This document shows positions 10,487 to 12,230 of a stretch of DNA of 12,230 nt, in pieces. The stretch comes from Tubiluchus corallicola (taxonomy: Eukaryota; Animalia; Priapulida). Location of the stretch: positions 1-12,230 of the forward strand of contig JAQGDQ010002165.1 of NCBI GenBank assembly GCA_030141605.1, given 5' to 3'. Numbering within the stretch: the first letter of the stretch is position 1; every line of letters begins with the position of its first letter. Under the pieces are notes generated by a model. That model ran no database searches, was not told the DNA's origin, and worked only from the letters and a program-made list of their open reading frames with translations. The translations under genes were made by a program, and so were the position numbers.

Positions 10487-10812
10487 TACAGTAAGCTTAA
10501 GTGTTAGTGTCCATGATCGTCTGGACTGCTGAAGGGATACACAACTGCCAATGCGCAAGATTACATTGGATTACTTCAAAAAAACCACCATTATCAGAAA
10601 GCGAGCAGCGGAAGTAATTTTTACCAGGTGCTATGGGTGTAAATTTCCGCTAAATTACAGGTTCTACATCTTGTGTACAGGTAATAATGGGTGGACAAGG
10701 CGTATGTCTTGATCTCACAAGCCCACTAAACTAACATAGTTAAACTTTTAAGTCCGACAGTAAGTGCCATCGTAAATTTTTATGGACGTGGCGAAGTTAA
10801 AACTTCTGTTAA

Positions 10813-11352
10813 AGGAAAGAGCAAGTCACTCGGTGTGTTGGGTTTATTTTACTGTTATCAGTCAACAAAGAAATTTGCAAAGAACTGCCTATAAAGCACA
10901 AATTTAAAATATACTACCTTTGAATAGCAATTTTCAGTCGTGGCGGTTGCCGCCATTCACTTGAAGATAATGACGTAACTGGGAGACTTCGTGTCTTTTC
11001 GTAAGCGCACCGTGGCTTTCCGTAAGCACGCGCTGCTTAAACTAATTCAAACTTCTACAGCTTACCTAATGTTCACGCAATAATATTACGAAATTGGCTA
11101 TCAGATGTTTTTATAGCCTTATTATACTTTTGATGAAGATTGACAGTGCGCTACTTTTCTTCAAGACGAATGACGTCATTGGAAGAAGAATGGGCATTGA
11201 AGATCGGAGAACACAAACATGAAGTGATCGTGACTTTAAAGTAACTTTACTAATTATGCGAGGCGCTTATTGCAGTTTCATTACTAAATTCTTCTAATAT
11301 TTTTCGCGAACATTGAAATAAGCCTAACCTCCTAGAAGGCTTGACGTTTCCT
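10813..11352. mobile_element. Putative complete non-autonomous Kolobok-like DNA transposon (540 bp) with TTAA target-site duplication
   Basis: TTAA lies at 10809-10812 and 11353-11356. The termini AGGAAAGAGCAAGTC and (reverse complement) AGGAAACGTCAAGCC match at 11/15, with AG...CT ends. The interior has the palindromes TGGCGG-TTG-CCGCCA (10941-10955) and AATGACGTCATT (11169-11180). Confidence 0.6.
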
Positions 11353-12190
11353 TTAAGTTTCTAGATGAAGTTTGTTTATAATCGCGCTGTAACCTCGCCA
11401 GCAAGTTAATTAATAACCAGAAAATCCTCTGTTAAGTTAACTAACGCGGAAGCGAATTCATAGCAGTTGTCCTAAATCCTTAATTAAGTTTTTAATTTTT
11501 GCAAAGCGTTCAGTTTTGTCGTTTCTCAAGGTTGTACACCAGACTCATTAAACTGACAAAATACGTCGCCTGAAAATGCTCATTTCATGATCCGCACACC
11601 TCGCAGGTGCGAAGAAAACCCCGCCGGTTAAAATGCTCCACTTTCATTTTTAAGGGTTAAAAGTGAGCAACTTGAAATACTTTTCAGATACCCGCACGCA
11701 ACATACGCTTTAGTGCATACTGGTCTATAATTACATTAATTCGACATCTTGTCACTAGACCAGTATTTAGCTTAGATACACGGGTATATCCAAGGTCGTA
11801 CCAGTTCAGATTTTTATGCAAAAATGTTCAGCCAGCTAGGAGTAAACGAGCGCAATTGTCATTTTTCCAACAACGGTAAAAATTACAGAGTTTGAGATTG
11901 AGGAAGAATCGAACTCGGCCGTGATTTTCACTTCAAGGTTGACATGTAAAGCAAAGAAGTTAGCAGTACATGGTTTGCTTCATGTCGTCAAAATATGGAC
12001 TAACTATGGCCAATTATTGAAATACGTTTGCGGCGATTTAAGTGTTAGAGAGGCGAACAATAGACTGAAGGACTTAGGATGACCAAATTTCTTATTCCGT
12101 TATATAAATTGTTATACTGACTGTTATTTCCCAGAAGGCCTCGCGGGTCTCAAATAGGTCTCAAATGAGCTGTGCAAGGTTCTCTCTTAA

Positions 12191-12230
12191 AGCAAAAACG
12201 GACTTCATCTTAAACTGTGGGCCAAAACAA
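12191..12230. mobile_element. Left end of a second copy of the element starting at 2903, truncated by the window edge
   Basis: TTAA (12187-12190) then AGCAAAAACGGACTTCATCTTAAACTGTGGGCCAAAACAA. It is 38/44 identical to 2899-2942, in the same orientation. Confidence 0.65.

Overview
This is AT-rich, repeat-dense eukaryotic non-coding DNA, most likely intergenic or intronic sequence from an invertebrate animal. I see no credible protein-coding gene. All long ORFs in the track are artefacts of tri- or tetranucleotide microsatellites. The window holds three trinucleotide microsatellite blocks and a (CCTG/TCTG)n tract fused to a ~29-copy 20-bp minisatellite. It also holds two decayed 5'-truncated CR1/L2-group LINE ends (- strand ~9041-9910, + strand ~5202-5790) and several TTAA-flanked Kolobok-like non-autonomous DNA transposon pieces. 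The most notable feature is a gapless 113-bp inverted repeat (10048-10296) whose arms carry a minimal hammerhead-ribozyme motif of the kind found in Penelope-like retroelement termini. The two copies have lost different parts of that motif. All family assignments come from manual motif recognition, not database searches.
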